Under the pieces are notes generated by a model. The model was not told the DNA's origin and ran no database searches. It saw only the letters and a program-made list of their open reading frames with translations. DNA of 64,000 bases from SAR202 cluster bacterium Io17-Chloro-G4 (GTDB lineage Bacteria; Chloroflexota; Dehalococcoidia; Lucifugimonadales; UBA3495), in contig MUCR01000018.1 of assembly GCA_002816455.1 (NCBI GenBank), positions 1,855 through 65,854 on the forward strand, in the 5' to 3' direction. Within the stretch, counting starts at the first letter, position 1, and each line of letters opens with the position of its first letter. Of this stretch, positions 8,311 to 16,926 are shown piece by piece. Position numbers and translations under genes: made by a program.

Positions 8311-9138
8311 TTAGCCCAGGCTTCCGAGCAACCGCCCAAAGCCTGGTATCGGCTCGGTCCAACCCACTTCCCGCAAGGCCATCCAAATGGTCGCCTGGTT
8401 CACTGTGATTACCGTCTTTCCCAGCTTTTGCTCCAGTTCCTCCGCAGCGTCCAGGGCTCGCCAAGCAGTGCCAGGCAAGAACACTGTATCCGCGTCGTCC
8501 TTCACCACAGTGGGCACAAAATCGGCTATTACCTGAGGGTCCTCGGCTTCGATGTCCAGGGGATTCATAGAATCCTGCAGCCAAGGTTCGCCGTCGGCAC
8601 TGAGCACGGTGAATCCCGCTTCTTCCAAGAATGGCTTTAACCGGTTTCGCAGGTGGAAGTTGCGGTAGGGGCCAGCGATGCTTATCCTTTGTGACCCCAT
8701 GTGCTTCATTGCTTCAACGCAGGAGTTCACCGCCGTGATTGCAGGCACACCGCTGGCGGAAGACATGGTTTCGGATATTTGCCGGTCGAAAGCCAAGTTG
8801 CCTTTGTGCCACGTCCCTGATGTGCAGGCATATACCAAGATGTCCGGCTCGATGTTGGCGAGGGACCGGGCGCCTCGTTCCACATCCTCGTTCATCTTGT
8901 TCGCGCTGAACCCAAACAGGGCCCAATCGACTTCGTTGGCTTCATCGCTGGTCAGGGAAATCCGGTGCCCCTCGTCCTCAGCCCCGTTTCCTGATTGGGG
9001 CATCTGTCCGCCCCACCGGCCGTTCCACATGCGTTCGAAATGCACTGTGATTTCTTTGGGAATCACCCGGTAAAAGTCGGGCTCCACAACTGGGTTGGTC
9101 GCTGGCAGCAGAGCGCCGATGCGCTTGGTCTTGGCCAT
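8311..9138 (-). CDS. Asp/Glu racemase superfamily protein (maleate isomerase / arylmalonate decarboxylase-like)
   Basis: Motifs IGALLPATNPVVEPDF, VYACTSGTW, ISIAGPY, FLPGTAWRAL and VITVNQATIW. TAGGAG RBS. Confidence 0.8.
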   Translation of the reverse strand: MAKTKRIGALLPATNPVVEPDFYRVIPKEITVHFERMWNGRWGGQMPQSGNGAEDEGHRISLTSDEANEVDWALFGFSANKMNEDVERGARSLANIEPDILVYACTSGTWHKGNLAFDRQISETMSSASGVPAITAVNSCVEAMKHMGSQRISIAGPYRNFHLRNRLKPFLEEAGFTVLSADGEPWLQDSMNPLDIEAEDPQVIADFVPTVVKDDADTVFLPGTAWRALDAAEELEQKLGKTVITVNQATIWMALREVGWTEPIPGFGRLLGSLG

Positions 9139-9294
9139 GTTGAAGACTCCTAGGATTGCTATTTATCACTATTTTTAGCTGCGATCGGGTAAAGGTTCGG
9201 AAGAACATGTCATTCAGGAAGATAACACGATACTAGAGGAGCGGCTACTATATCAGAGGCCAGCGAAATTAGCTCCTCGCTCAGGAAAGACCCA

Positions 9295-9696
9295 TTAATT
9301 CTCGCTGATAACCAAGTTGGCGTTCTCAACAAACCGGGCGTCCAGCGCCGGAATGATGGTCACCGAGTCGGTTCTGATTTCAGATCCTGAGGCCCAAACA
9401 GTAGCAGTGCCTACGCTGTCTCCGACTACCACGTTGATGGTGTAGCTGCCGCTGGCTTTGGGAGTCCAGGTGACCTTCGTGCCGCTGACCTGAGTCCGGT
9501 CCAGTTCCCAGCCGATGGACGGTGGGGTTAATGATGGAGAGTTGACGGAAACGGTCCCAGCACCAGTGGCGTCGACAGAACCGGCCTTGGCTTCCGTGGC
9601 TAGCAGAGTAAATATCCCGATTAAAAGAGCTATTGCGAAAATCCAAGGAATCGGGTTGAAGACTGACCGCTTGGCTGTACGACTCTGAGAAACCAT
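9295..9696 (-). CDS. small signal-anchored/secreted protein, unknown function
   Basis: N-terminal TM/signal IPWIFAIALLIGIFTLLATEAKA followed by a beta-rich Ser/Thr/Val sequence. G-rich RBS. Confidence 0.6.
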   Translation of the reverse strand: MVSQSRTAKRSVFNPIPWIFAIALLIGIFTLLATEAKAGSVDATGAGTVSVNSPSLTPPSIGWELDRTQVSGTKVTWTPKASGSYTINVVVGDSVGTATVWASGSEIRTDSVTIIPALDARFVENANLVISEN

Positions 9697-9842
9697 CCTG
9701 CCCCCCTGTTCTCCCCTCGGTTATCTGATGTACCTAGGTTACCCAAGGGAGGGCAGGGGTTCCGTGACATTATTCAATTATTAAATGTGACGTTGCTCAC
9801 ATGTTTGAGACCCATTCGCCAGGATGGGGTCTTAAAATCCCC

Positions 9843-9930
9843 CGTAGGGGCAGACCCATGTGTCTGCCCCGGTATTGGGCGCACACACTGGTGCGCCATG
9901 CATATTATTACAACGGGTGCGCCCCTACGT
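9843..9930. repeat. nested GC-rich palindromic hairpins (GTAGGGGC...GCCCCTAC type)
   Basis: GGGGCAGAC-CCATGT-GTCTGCCCC (9847..9870) and GGCGCAC-ACACTG-GTGCGCC (9878..9897). The outer CGTAGGGG (9844..9851) pairs with CCCCTACG (9922..9929). Confidence 0.6.
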
Positions 9931-9996
9931 ACACATAATATGTGGCGTTATCAAACAGAATCGGTATAAAAGAAATTTGGCACCGGCAGGAGCGCG

Positions 9997-10845
9997 TCAG
10001 CGCCCTTTAAATGATGGCGCCCGCTTTTCCAAAAAAGCCAACCGGGCCTCTTCGGCGTCTTCTGAACCGCCCAGGATCCCACCGGCGTTGGAGGTTAGCA
10101 CTGTGGTGGTTTCCAAAGAGCCGTCCATAGCGGCGCGCATGATGCGCTTGCTTACCCACTGCACCATGGGCGGTGTCCGCATGATCCGGTCGCACAAATC
10201 TCGAGTGGTCTGCTCCAATTCCTCGGCGGAAACTAGGTAGTTGAGCAGTCCCCAATCGTAGGCCCGTTGGGCGTCGAGATGCCCAGTGTAGGCGAACTCC
10301 AGGGCACGACCCAGGCCCGCCATCTTTGGCAGGTAGTAGCTTCCGCCATTTTCGAAAATCTGTCCCAGTTGCTGATAGCCGATGAAGCGGGTGTTTTCGC
10401 AACCCAGGCGAATGTCGCAGTGTAGGGCCATGTCCATGCCGGACCCCACGGCGGGCCCGTTAATCATGGCGATGGTGGGCTTTCGCACCTGAGAAATGTC
10501 CCGGTGGAGCTTGGTAAATCCGTGGAAGAAGTGCTCCCTAGCTGCATCCGGTCCTTCTTCGGAACCTCGGTTGCCAATGAAATTCTCGCCGGTGACGGAT
10601 GGGTCGTTGTCCCGCCGCATGTCTGCCCCGGAGCAGAATCCCCGGCCCACGCCGGTTAAGACGATAACCCGTATGTTGGGGTCGTCGTCCCCAGCCCGCA
10701 TGTACTCGCCGACTTTGGCCACAGTGCCGTTTTCCTGGGAGTTGCCAACCAAAGCATTCATCCTCTCGGGGCGGTTGAATTTTATCCAGAGAATGCCGTT
10801 GTCCTCGGGCTCATAAAGTAGGTAGTCCACCAATTTAGGCGCCAT
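9997..10845 (-). CDS. enoyl-CoA hydratase/isomerase (crotonase) family protein
   Basis: Motifs VIVLTGVGRGFCSGADM and KPTIAMINGPAVGSGMDMALHCDIR. AAGGAG RBS. Confidence 0.9.
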   Translation of the reverse strand: MAPKLVDYLLYEPEDNGILWIKFNRPERMNALVGNSQENGTVAKVGEYMRAGDDDPNIRVIVLTGVGRGFCSGADMRRDNDPSVTGENFIGNRGSEEGPDAAREHFFHGFTKLHRDISQVRKPTIAMINGPAVGSGMDMALHCDIRLGCENTRFIGYQQLGQIFENGGSYYLPKMAGLGRALEFAYTGHLDAQRAYDWGLLNYLVSAEELEQTTRDLCDRIMRTPPMVQWVSKRIMRAAMDGSLETTTVLTSNAGGILGGSEDAEEARLAFLEKRAPSFKGR

Positions 10846-11110
10846 TTTTGCTCTCCTTGGGGATCATCGGATTAACGATATTACCAAGGATTTTATACCT
10901 CATCCGTCCACAGGCACTACTTGGGTCAGCTTTGGGCCTGTACCCAATCCCACGGTGTCGTGGATCAAGCCTAAAACCCAAATCAGATTCTGCTTGGCAT
11001 TCGGGCTCCAAGAATCGACACGGCTAGCATCAAGGTTTATCATATCTGCTGACCTCCGAGTAAACCGAATAAACCAACCCAGATTACTAGGGAAACAAAA
11101 GGAGACACCG

Positions 11111-12307
11111 ATGCGAGAAGTTGCGATAGTTTCACCTGTGCGCACCGCCGTGGGTAGCTTTGGGGGCACCTTGCGCGGCGTTTCCGCAGCCGACTTGGCC
11201 ACCACTGTCATCACTGAAACTCTGGACCGCAGCGGCCTGGACCCGGCCAAGGTTGACGACGTTATTCTGGGTCACGGCTATCCCAGCGGCGAGAACCCGG
11301 CAATAGGCCGCCTGGCTGGACTTAAAGCCGGCCTTCCGATCGAGGTGCCCGGTTACCAGCTGGACCGTCGCTGCTCCTCCGGCCTCCAAGCAATCCTCAA
11401 CGCCTCTATGCTGGTGCAGACTGAAAATGCCGACGTGGTAATCGCCGGCGGAGTGGAGAGCATGAGCAATGCCGAATATTATGTAAACGAGTCCCGCTGG
11501 GGCGCTCGGTTCGGCTCGATGACCCTGCACGACCGTTTAGCCAGGGCCAGGGAAACCATCTCCCCCGAAGAGCGGTTCGGCTTCATTTCCGGCATGATCG
11601 AAACGGCCGAGAACCTGGCCAAACAGTACGAGATTTCCAGAGAAGAGCAGGACGAATACTCCTTGCGCAGCCACCAGCGGGCTGTGGCCGCCGTTGAAGG
11701 CGGTAATTTCGATTCCCAAGTGGTGGGCGTGCCGGTGCCACAACGCCGAGGAGACCCGATCCCCTTTGATAAAGACGAAGGTCCCCGGGGCGACACCACA
11801 TTGGAAGCTTTGGGCAAATTGCGTCCCATTTCGACAGACGGCACCGTAACGGCCGGCAACGCCAGCAGCCAGAATGACGCAGCTTCGGTCTGCCTGGTCG
11901 TTGCTGCGGACAAGCTGGAAGAATTGGGGCTAACGGCCATGGGTTATCTCCGTGGTTGGGCCGTCACCGGTTGCCATCCGGCCTACATGGGCATCGGCCC
12001 CGTATCGGCGGTAGCCAAAGTAATGGACAAAGTTGGCATGTCTCTGGGGGACATGGACTTGATCGAGTTAAACGAAGCTTTCGCCGCACAAGTATTGGCC
12101 GTCTTGCGAGAGTGGAAGCTGCCCAATGAGGACAATTTGAACGTCAACGGCTCTGGCATTTCCCTGGGCCATCCCATCGCCGCCACAGGCGCTCGCATTC
12201 TGACAACCCTGCTCCACGAAATGGAGCGCCGGGATGTCCAGTTCGGCTTGGAAACCATGTGCGTTGGAGGCGGCCAAGGCGTGGCCGCCCTGTTCGAGAG
12301 AAAGTAG
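11111..12307 (+). CDS. acetyl-CoA acetyltransferase (thiolase)
   Basis: AAAGGAG RBS before the ATG at 11111. Motifs MREVAIVSPVRTAVGSFGG, QLDRRCSSGLQAI, NGSGISLGHPIAATG and CVGGGQG. Confidence 0.9.
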   Translation: MREVAIVSPVRTAVGSFGGTLRGVSAADLATTVITETLDRSGLDPAKVDDVILGHGYPSGENPAIGRLAGLKAGLPIEVPGYQLDRRCSSGLQAILNASMLVQTENADVVIAGGVESMSNAEYYVNESRWGARFGSMTLHDRLARARETISPEERFGFISGMIETAENLAKQYEISREEQDEYSLRSHQRAVAAVEGGNFDSQVVGVPVPQRRGDPIPFDKDEGPRGDTTLEALGKLRPISTDGTVTAGNASSQNDAASVCLVVAADKLEELGLTAMGYLRGWAVTGCHPAYMGIGPVSAVAKVMDKVGMSLGDMDLIELNEAFAAQVLAVLREWKLPNEDNLNVNGSGISLGHPIAATGARILTTLLHEMERRDVQFGLETMCVGGGQGVAALFERK

Positions 12308-12410
12308 GCCCTGGCGGGCCTGCCCCGTTTTCGGGTCCGCAAAAGAGCGCCACATTCAACGTATTAACTGAAAGTTCTAACACAGGCAAATAAATCTATG
12401 GGAGGATCAC

Positions 12411-13355
12411 ATGCCCGAAGTTTTTGGCAGCGGAGAATTTACTTATACATTTGTTGATGGCTGGGCCAAGTTGCCCGGCGGAGTGACGTTCAAGGAGTGC
12501 CCAGGAGTGGCGGTGGACTCCAGAGATAACGTCTATGTTCTAACACGGGGTGACCATCCTATCATCGTCCTAGACAAAGACGGCAACTACATCCGGTCCT
12601 TCGGTCAGGGGCTTTTTAGCGATGACCGCACCCACGGATTATACATCGGCCATGATGACTCGCTGATGGTTGCCGACGACGGCATTCATACAATTCAGAA
12701 GTTTAACTCTGAGGGCGAGAAGACCATGGAAATCGGTGAGCGCAACCACCCAGCGCCCCGGTGGAGTGGACAGCCCTTTAACCGACCCACGTCGGCCGCC
12801 ATCATGCCCAGTAACGGCGACGTTTATGTCTCCGACGGCTACGGCAACTCCCGCATCCACGTCTACACCGGCTCGGGAGAGTACAAGTTCTCTTGGGGCA
12901 GCCCGGGAATCGACGCCGGCCAGTTCATCCGGCCTCACAACATCGCCGTTGACGCCGATGACAAAGTCTACGTGGTGGACCGGGAAGCCCACAGGATTCA
13001 GATTTTCGACCCCAAAGGCAACTTCATCACCATGTGGAACAACATTCACCGGCCCGACTCCATGGTTCTCTGGAAGGACCACATTTACGTGGGCGAGTTG
13101 AACGGCATGGGCGGCGTGGACGATGCGCCTGGGCTGGGACACCGGGTAACTGTTTACGACCTCAACGGCAATCGGGTCTGCATGTTCGGCTCCGATGAAG
13201 AAGGAGAAGGCCCGGGGCAGTTCATTGCGCCCCACGGCATCGCCGTCGACTCAAAAGGCGACATTTACGTGTCCGAAGTTTCCTACACGATCCGCGGCCG
13301 CCACTTGGACCCGCCTCGGGAGATGCGCAGCTTGTCCAAGTACGCAGCGAAGTAA
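12411..13355 (+). CDS. NHL-repeat six-bladed beta-propeller protein (peptidyl-hydroxyglycine lyase-like)
   Basis: Repeated GQFxxPHxIAVDxxxxVYVxD motifs and SDGYGNSRIHVY. GGGAGGA RBS. Confidence 0.85.
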   Translation: MPEVFGSGEFTYTFVDGWAKLPGGVTFKECPGVAVDSRDNVYVLTRGDHPIIVLDKDGNYIRSFGQGLFSDDRTHGLYIGHDDSLMVADDGIHTIQKFNSEGEKTMEIGERNHPAPRWSGQPFNRPTSAAIMPSNGDVYVSDGYGNSRIHVYTGSGEYKFSWGSPGIDAGQFIRPHNIAVDADDKVYVVDREAHRIQIFDPKGNFITMWNNIHRPDSMVLWKDHIYVGELNGMGGVDDAPGLGHRVTVYDLNGNRVCMFGSDEEGEGPGQFIAPHGIAVDSKGDIYVSEVSYTIRGRHLDPPREMRSLSKYAAK

Positions 13356-13368
13356 ACGACGACTAAGT

Positions 13369-13460
13369 CCCCCTTAATCCCCCTTTACAAAGGGGGAATT
13401 ACCATTCCGCCAGTTATATTGGGAGCCATTAGCCCCCCTTTGTAAAGGGGGGTTGGGGGA
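13369..13460. repeat. pair of inverted about 30-nt repeats, each containing a C5-6TTT(A/G)(C/T)AAAG5-6 hairpin
   Basis: CCCCCTTTACAAAGGGGG (13379..13396) and CCCCCCTTTGTAAAGGGGGG (13433..13452). The flanks CCCCCTTAATCC and GGTTGGGGGA are also inverted. Confidence 0.6.
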
Positions 13461-13495
13461 TTTCGGACCCTTAGACCTAACGGAGGAAATCCCTT

Positions 13496-14554
13496 TTGCA
13501 AGACCTTGGCGAGACAACGACTGTCCAATGGGACTCAGCCTTAGAGGCCATCGAGCGGTGCTATGAACTGGGCTGGACCGACGGCCTGCCCGTGGTGCCG
13601 CCCACGGTGGACCTAGTTAACCAATTCATAAACGCCGCAAAAAGGGCCTCTTCAGAAGTTGTTGGGCAAATTCCCGAGCGCCGACGGGACATCACCGTGG
13701 GAAAAGTAGCAGCCAACGCAGCGATGGCCGGTTGTTTGCCGGAATACATGCCGGTGTTGCTGGCGGCGGTGGAAGCGATGCTGGACCCCGTGTTCAACCT
13801 GGTAGGGCCATCCTCTAGCATGGGCGGTTCGGCCATACTCTCCATCGTCAATGGCCCCGTCGCCAAGGAGATCGGCCTGAATTCCCGGAACAATCTCTTC
13901 GGTCCGGGCAACCGGGCCAACGCCACCATTGGCCGGGCGGTGCGCTTAGTTCTGATGAACGCCTGCGCCGCTGTTCCCGGTCTGTATGACCGCAGCGTTA
14001 TCGGCCATCCCGGCAAGTACACCTACTGCATTGCCGAAGCGGATACAGAAACCCACTGGACACCCCTTCACGTGGAACGGGGCTACTCCCTGGACCAGAG
14101 CACAGTGACCGTGTTTGCTGGCGAGAGCCCGAGGCAAATCCGGGCGGTGGGCAAGCCCGAAGCGATTCTCTACGCCATCGCCGACGTGAGCTCGACCTTG
14201 GGCACCAACATGTCCACTTCGGGCTCCGTGGGAGACACGGACGTTGGAATTCGGCAAGGGCAAATCGTAGTGACCATAGCCGGGAACTCGGACCTTTGGA
14301 AGGACTGGACCAAGGAGCAAGTCCGAGGCTACTTGCACGCCAACATCCGGCGCTCCGTGGCCGACCTGAAAAACGCTCAAGTGCTGGCCGGGGATGTGGA
14401 ACCGGAAGACGCTGAAAAATTTCTGCCTCTGGTGCCTGAACCGGAAGACATACTTCTGGTCTTTGCTGGTGGCGAGGAGTCCAACATGTCCTCGGTTATA
14501 CCCAGTTGGGGTCCTAAAGTCGCTTGCACTGCCGTTACCAAACAGGTACGCTAA
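13496..14554 (+). CDS. conserved hypothetical protein (GWTDGLPVVPPT motif), partner of the UGSC gene
   Basis: TTG start with GGAGGA 8 nt upstream. 352 aa with coding-like composition. I recognise no domain. Confidence 0.75.
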   Translation: MQDLGETTTVQWDSALEAIERCYELGWTDGLPVVPPTVDLVNQFINAAKRASSEVVGQIPERRRDITVGKVAANAAMAGCLPEYMPVLLAAVEAMLDPVFNLVGPSSSMGGSAILSIVNGPVAKEIGLNSRNNLFGPGNRANATIGRAVRLVLMNACAAVPGLYDRSVIGHPGKYTYCIAEADTETHWTPLHVERGYSLDQSTVTVFAGESPRQIRAVGKPEAILYAIADVSSTLGTNMSTSGSVGDTDVGIRQGQIVVTIAGNSDLWKDWTKEQVRGYLHANIRRSVADLKNAQVLAGDVEPEDAEKFLPLVPEPEDILLVFAGGEESNMSSVIPSWGPKVACTAVTKQVR

Positions 14555-14620
14555 ATAGGCTATCACCCACTGGCCGCAACGAATGACATGGTCAGCCCAA
14601 CCGGATTTTTAGGAGAGAAC

Positions 14621-15163
14621 ATGGCACAGGGAACAGACCACGAGTTAGTCAACCCTACTACCCAAGCCATCGTGGCGCCTTTCGACGGCGCTCCCCGTTT
14701 GCCTTCTTTGGCCGGCACCAGGCTGGGCATCATAGACGACAGTAAGCGGAACGCCGACGTGCTGTTGGAGGAGCTGGCCGAGTTGCTCCGCACGTGGTAC
14801 GAGATCTCCGAAGTGAGGTGGCACCGCAAGCCCAGCGCCTCCAAGCCAGCCGACCCAGAGGCAATTAGGGAACTGGTGGAGAATTGCGACTCGGTGATTG
14901 TTGCGGTGGGTGATTGAGGGTCCTGCAGTGCGTGCAGTGTGCACGACGGAATCCACGTTGAGAACGCAGGCATCCCTTCCGCCACCATCTGCACGGACCG
15001 GTTCGTTCCCACAGCCGCCGGTATGGCCAAGATGTGGGGAGCGCCCGACTACCCGACGATCTTCACGGCCCATCCCATCGAAAACCTGAGCCGGGAGCAG
15101 CTCCGGGCTCGGGCCGAGGAGTTGGCCCCCCAAGTTGTTCAGGTATTGATCGGCGACGTCTAA
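14621..15163 (+). CDS. UGSC-family (seleno)protein with in-frame TGA at 14915..14917
   Basis: AGGAGAG RBS before the ATG at 14621. Track ORFs 14588..14917 and 14939..15163 share a frame. The junction reads VIVAVGD-U-GSCSACSVHDGIHVENAG. Confidence 0.75.
14931..14945 (+). promoter_or_regulatory. SECIS-like hairpin downstream of the UGSC UGA
   Basis: CGUGCA-GUG-UGCACG starts 13 nt after the UGA. An alternative is CUGCA-GUGCG-UGCAG at 14923..14937. Confidence 0.4.
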
Positions 15164-15185
15164 CTAGCATTTTTACCGGGATTTA

Positions 15186-15244
15186 GCCACGGAGATACAG
15201 AGCTTTTTTTAAATTAGCTCCGTGTTCTCTGTGCCTCTGTGGCA
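15186..15244. terminator. imperfect hairpin between convergent genes, member of the CRCAGAGGCRCAGAG repeat family
   Basis: GCCACGGAGATACAGAGC ... TCTCTGTGCCTCTGTGGC (14/18 complementary) with a T7 run in the loop. Confidence 0.5.
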
Positions 15245-15253
15245 ACCTCGTCC

Positions 15254-15421
15254 TTAAGTCCGTATTTGAGGCGGCAGCAGGTTGGGAATGGCGTCCTCTA
15301 TGGGGTAGGTTTCGTCGCACTTACCGCAGAATAAGGAGCCGGTAATAACTTCCTCACCCTCTTCTGCCTCGACCTTCAGTTCCAGGTCCCCCTTGCACAT
15401 CGGACAAGCCAGGATTTCCAT
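15254..15421 (-). CDS. Trm112-family small zinc-ribbon protein
   Basis: MEILACPMCKGDL...LFCGKCDETYPIEDAIPNLL. The start at M22 of the track ORF is chosen from typical family length; the upstream extension is not excluded. Confidence 0.7.
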   Translation of the reverse strand: MEILACPMCKGDLELKVEAEEGEEVITGSLFCGKCDETYPIEDAIPNLLPPQIRT

Positions 15422-15489
15422 TAAGCTTTTCTTCAAGTTTCCACCTGTTCTGTTAGCTTTCATCCACAAGCGTTCAGGTATCAACCTTA

Positions 15490-15969
15490 TTAGCCTAGGC
15501 TGTCCTCGAACAGGGCGCTTAGGACATCAGCCAACCCGAATACGACCAAGCCGATTATCAACACCGCAGCGGTACCCGTCAAGCTGGACCTTGCTTTCCC
15601 GAGCCATCCGCTTGAGGTGGGAAGGTCTTCCGGGTAACTCCGCGGGTTCAGAAACCTGACGATGTAGAACATGTAGCAGGCCAAGACGATTTTTACCACC
15701 AACACAGCGACATAGGCTAAAGTTATGTTATCTTCCGTCAGCCTGGCTACCGAGAGAATAACGCCGGTTAGTAGCAAAACGCTAATGGCCGTGTTGACCA
15801 GACCCCGGTACTCCACGCCCATGAACCGGCCTGTCTGCTCCGGCGCCGGCGCCTGCCGGTTGGCAGGCCGCCAGACCATCAGGTAAAAAATACCGCCGCC
15901 GACCCATGCGACAGCGCCAATGGCATGGCCCCAGCGAATAGCAACCAAAATCCAGTCTAAGGGGTTCAT
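15490..15969 (-). CDS. integral membrane protein (4 TM, CopD/DUF-like), unknown function
   Basis: Four hydrophobic segments, WGHAIGAVAWVGGGIFY, TAGGAAA RBS. Confidence 0.7.
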   Translation of the reverse strand: MNPLDWILVAIRWGHAIGAVAWVGGGIFYLMVWRPANRQAPAPEQTGRFMGVEYRGLVNTAISVLLLTGVILSVARLTEDNITLAYVAVLVVKIVLACYMFYIVRFLNPRSYPEDLPTSSGWLGKARSSLTGTAAVLIIGLVVFGLADVLSALFEDSLG

Positions 15970-16023
15970 AATTTCCTAGTCATCTTTTTTTCGGTTCGTC
16001 CCGTTGAGCGACTTTCAATGACT

Positions 16024-16173
16024 ACCGTTCGCGGTGAACCCTGCAGTTCCGCTCGTGGTGGGCCCCCAGCTCCGCTCCTGGTGAGCCCCTAGCCTCCGCT
16101 CGCGGTGCAACCTTTGCGCTCCACTGATGGTGAGCACCTCGGCTCCGCTCGTGGTGAGCTTGTCGAACCATTC
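16024..16173. repeat. six tandem degenerate 23 to 25-nt repeats (consensus CTCCGCTCGTGGTGAGC-N7)
   Basis: Units start at 16024, 16047, 16070, 16094, 16119 and 16143. The last unit extends into CCGCTCGTGGTGAGCTTGTCGAACCA, which recurs at 24496..24521. Confidence 0.8.
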
Positions 16174-16261
16174 TCTGGCTGATGTACAGTTAGGTTAGCT
16201 CAGGGTGAACGGCTAAAGAGCAATCGTGTTTGGTGGGCTCAACCTAAGCGCTCCTCACATC

Positions 16262-16328
16262 GGTGGCCCTTCGACAAGTCCGATTGTATCGAGACTCTCG
16301 ACCTTCGGTCGGAGCTCAGGACGAACGG
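16262..16328 (+). repeat. mosaic intergenic repeat (modules M1+M2+M4)
   Basis: The 29 nt at 16268..16296 are identical to 23801..23829. TCGACCTTCGGTCGGAGCTCAGGACGAACGG recurs at 23867..23897 and, inverted, at 39520..39549. Confidence 0.8.
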
Positions 16329-16368
16329 AAGAGTGCCAGCAGAGTATTCGAGCCTATCCGGCTCAGCG

Positions 16369-16926
16369 TTAGCCGCCGGACATTTCATCAACTATGCCGA
16401 TTATCGTTTCCTCGTCTAGGACGCTAATCTGTGTTTTAAAAACTCTACCAGATTTGTCGATGAACACAGTGGTCGGATAAACCTCTACCTGGTACATCTC
16501 GGCTATCCGGGCGTGCAGGTCGGTTGCAAAACCGTAGGTCAAGCCCAACTCGGCAACGAAACCCCTGGCATCCTGCTCGCTGTCAAATCCTTGGGGCACA
16601 AATAGGCCCAAGAATTTTACCTCCTGATTTTCGGATTGCAGCCGCTGCCAAGCCGCTTCGAAGCTGGGCATCTCTTCCCGGCACGGCGGGCAAGTGGGAT
16701 ACCAGAAGTTGAGCACCGTCATGTTCTCTCCGGCTTGGCTGGAAAGCCGGAACTCGCTTCCGTCGAACTGGGTGAGTTGAAAATCCGGGGCCTTCGGTTC
16801 GTTGTCACCGCCGCACGCCAACATGAGCAGTGTAGTGGCCGCCAATATGGCAACTAGGAGCCATAGCGAGTGTTTCCGGAGGGTGGACCAAAGGTCTAGA
16901 AAGGGTTTGATGTGGGGGAAGGTCAT
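16369..16926 (-). CDS. membrane-anchored TlpA/ResA-like thiol:disulfide oxidoreductase
   Basis: N-terminal TM LWLLVAILAATTLLMLA and thioredoxin motif FWYPTCPPCREEMP. Confidence 0.85.
   Translation of the reverse strand: MTFPHIKPFLDLWSTLRKHSLWLLVAILAATTLLMLACGGDNEPKAPDFQLTQFDGSEFRLSSQAGENMTVLNFWYPTCPPCREEMPSFEAAWQRLQSENQEVKFLGLFVPQGFDSEQDARGFVAELGLTYGFATDLHARIAEMYQVEVYPTTVFIDKSGRVFKTQISVLDEETIIGIVDEMSGG

Noticed and set aside
12639-14566. Long minus-strand ORFs (12639..13235, 13561..14022, 13946..14566) opposite the NHL and UGSC-partner genes
   Set aside because: These are antisense shadows of plus-strand genes that have clear motifs and RBSs. Their translations are Arg/Gly/Pro-rich with no recognisable features.
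14588-14620. Longer N-terminus for the UGSC protein (ATG at 14588)
   Set aside because: AGGAGAG is correctly spaced for the ATG at 14621. The upstream ATG has no RBS and lies 34 nt after the preceding stop. It remains possible but is less likely.
16024-16173. Possible CRISPR array
   Set aside because: The about 24-nt units abut directly with no unique spacers, the units are degenerate, and no cas genes are nearby.
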